This document shows positions 39,872-39,985 of a DNA stretch of 39,985 nucleotides, piece after piece. Made by a program: the position numbers and the translations under genes. This stretch comes from Promethearchaeota archaeon (GTDB taxonomy: Archaea > Asgardarchaeota > Lokiarchaeia > Sigyniarchaeales > SOKP01): positions 1 to 39,985 of the forward strand of contig JALGVJ010000032.1 in assembly GCA_029838195.1 (NCBI GenBank). The letters run 5' to 3'. Below the pieces are notes generated by a model. The model ran no database searches, was not told the DNA's origin, and was given only the letters and a program-made list of their open reading frames with translations. Within the stretch, counting starts at the first letter, position 1, and each line of letters begins with the position of its first letter.

Positions 39872-39985
39872 GAGGGTATTTTTAAGTTTATAATATAGCT
39901 TGTTTTTTAAGTTTTTTAAATCTCATTCCGACAAAACCCTCAATTATAACACATCTGGTTTCGTCGCCCCCTCGGAAAATCACGT
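39872..39985. repeat. Right copy of window-terminal inverted repeat
   Basis: Reverse complement of 1-113 (103/113 identical) plus one extra terminal base. Confidence 0.95.

Noticed and set aside
1-39985. Whole window as a provirus, plasmid or autonomous transposon
   Set aside because: No capsid, terminase, replication initiator, integrase or transposase recognised; gene content is chromosomal. Mobilisation in trans is not excluded.

Overview
AT-rich archaeal sequence, most likely from an Asgard archaeon (Lokiarchaeia-like). This is inferred from the archaeal-type cdhB/cdhC, Alba, TrmB and tetraether synthase genes, a gelsolin-like domain protein and three paralogous GPH-family MFS transporters. 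Most of the roughly 30 CDSs are metabolic or housekeeping: a soluble DMSO-reductase-family Mo/W enzyme with its Fe-S subunit, Tes, PncB, LysA, CdhB/CdhC with CooT, two atypical crotonases, a C-N hydrolase, an acyl-CoA ligase, an orphan adenine methyltransferase-specificity fusion, a J-domain protein and a ferredoxin. Three observations stand out. (1) The window is bracketed by a 113-bp ungapped inverted repeat (103/113 identical). Both copies stop at a self-complementary ACGT, and their CGAC-N30-GTCG core recurs twice more near the left end. (2) An adjacent gene pair encodes a gelsolin-like domain on a helical-repeat rod and a partner with the same repeats plus two Ig-like modules, a candidate actin-associated scaffold. 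(3) A 43-aa four-cysteine protein gene is missing from the ORF track. No rRNA, tRNA, CRISPR array, transposase or integrase was recognised. All calls come from motif reading by eye; no searches were run.
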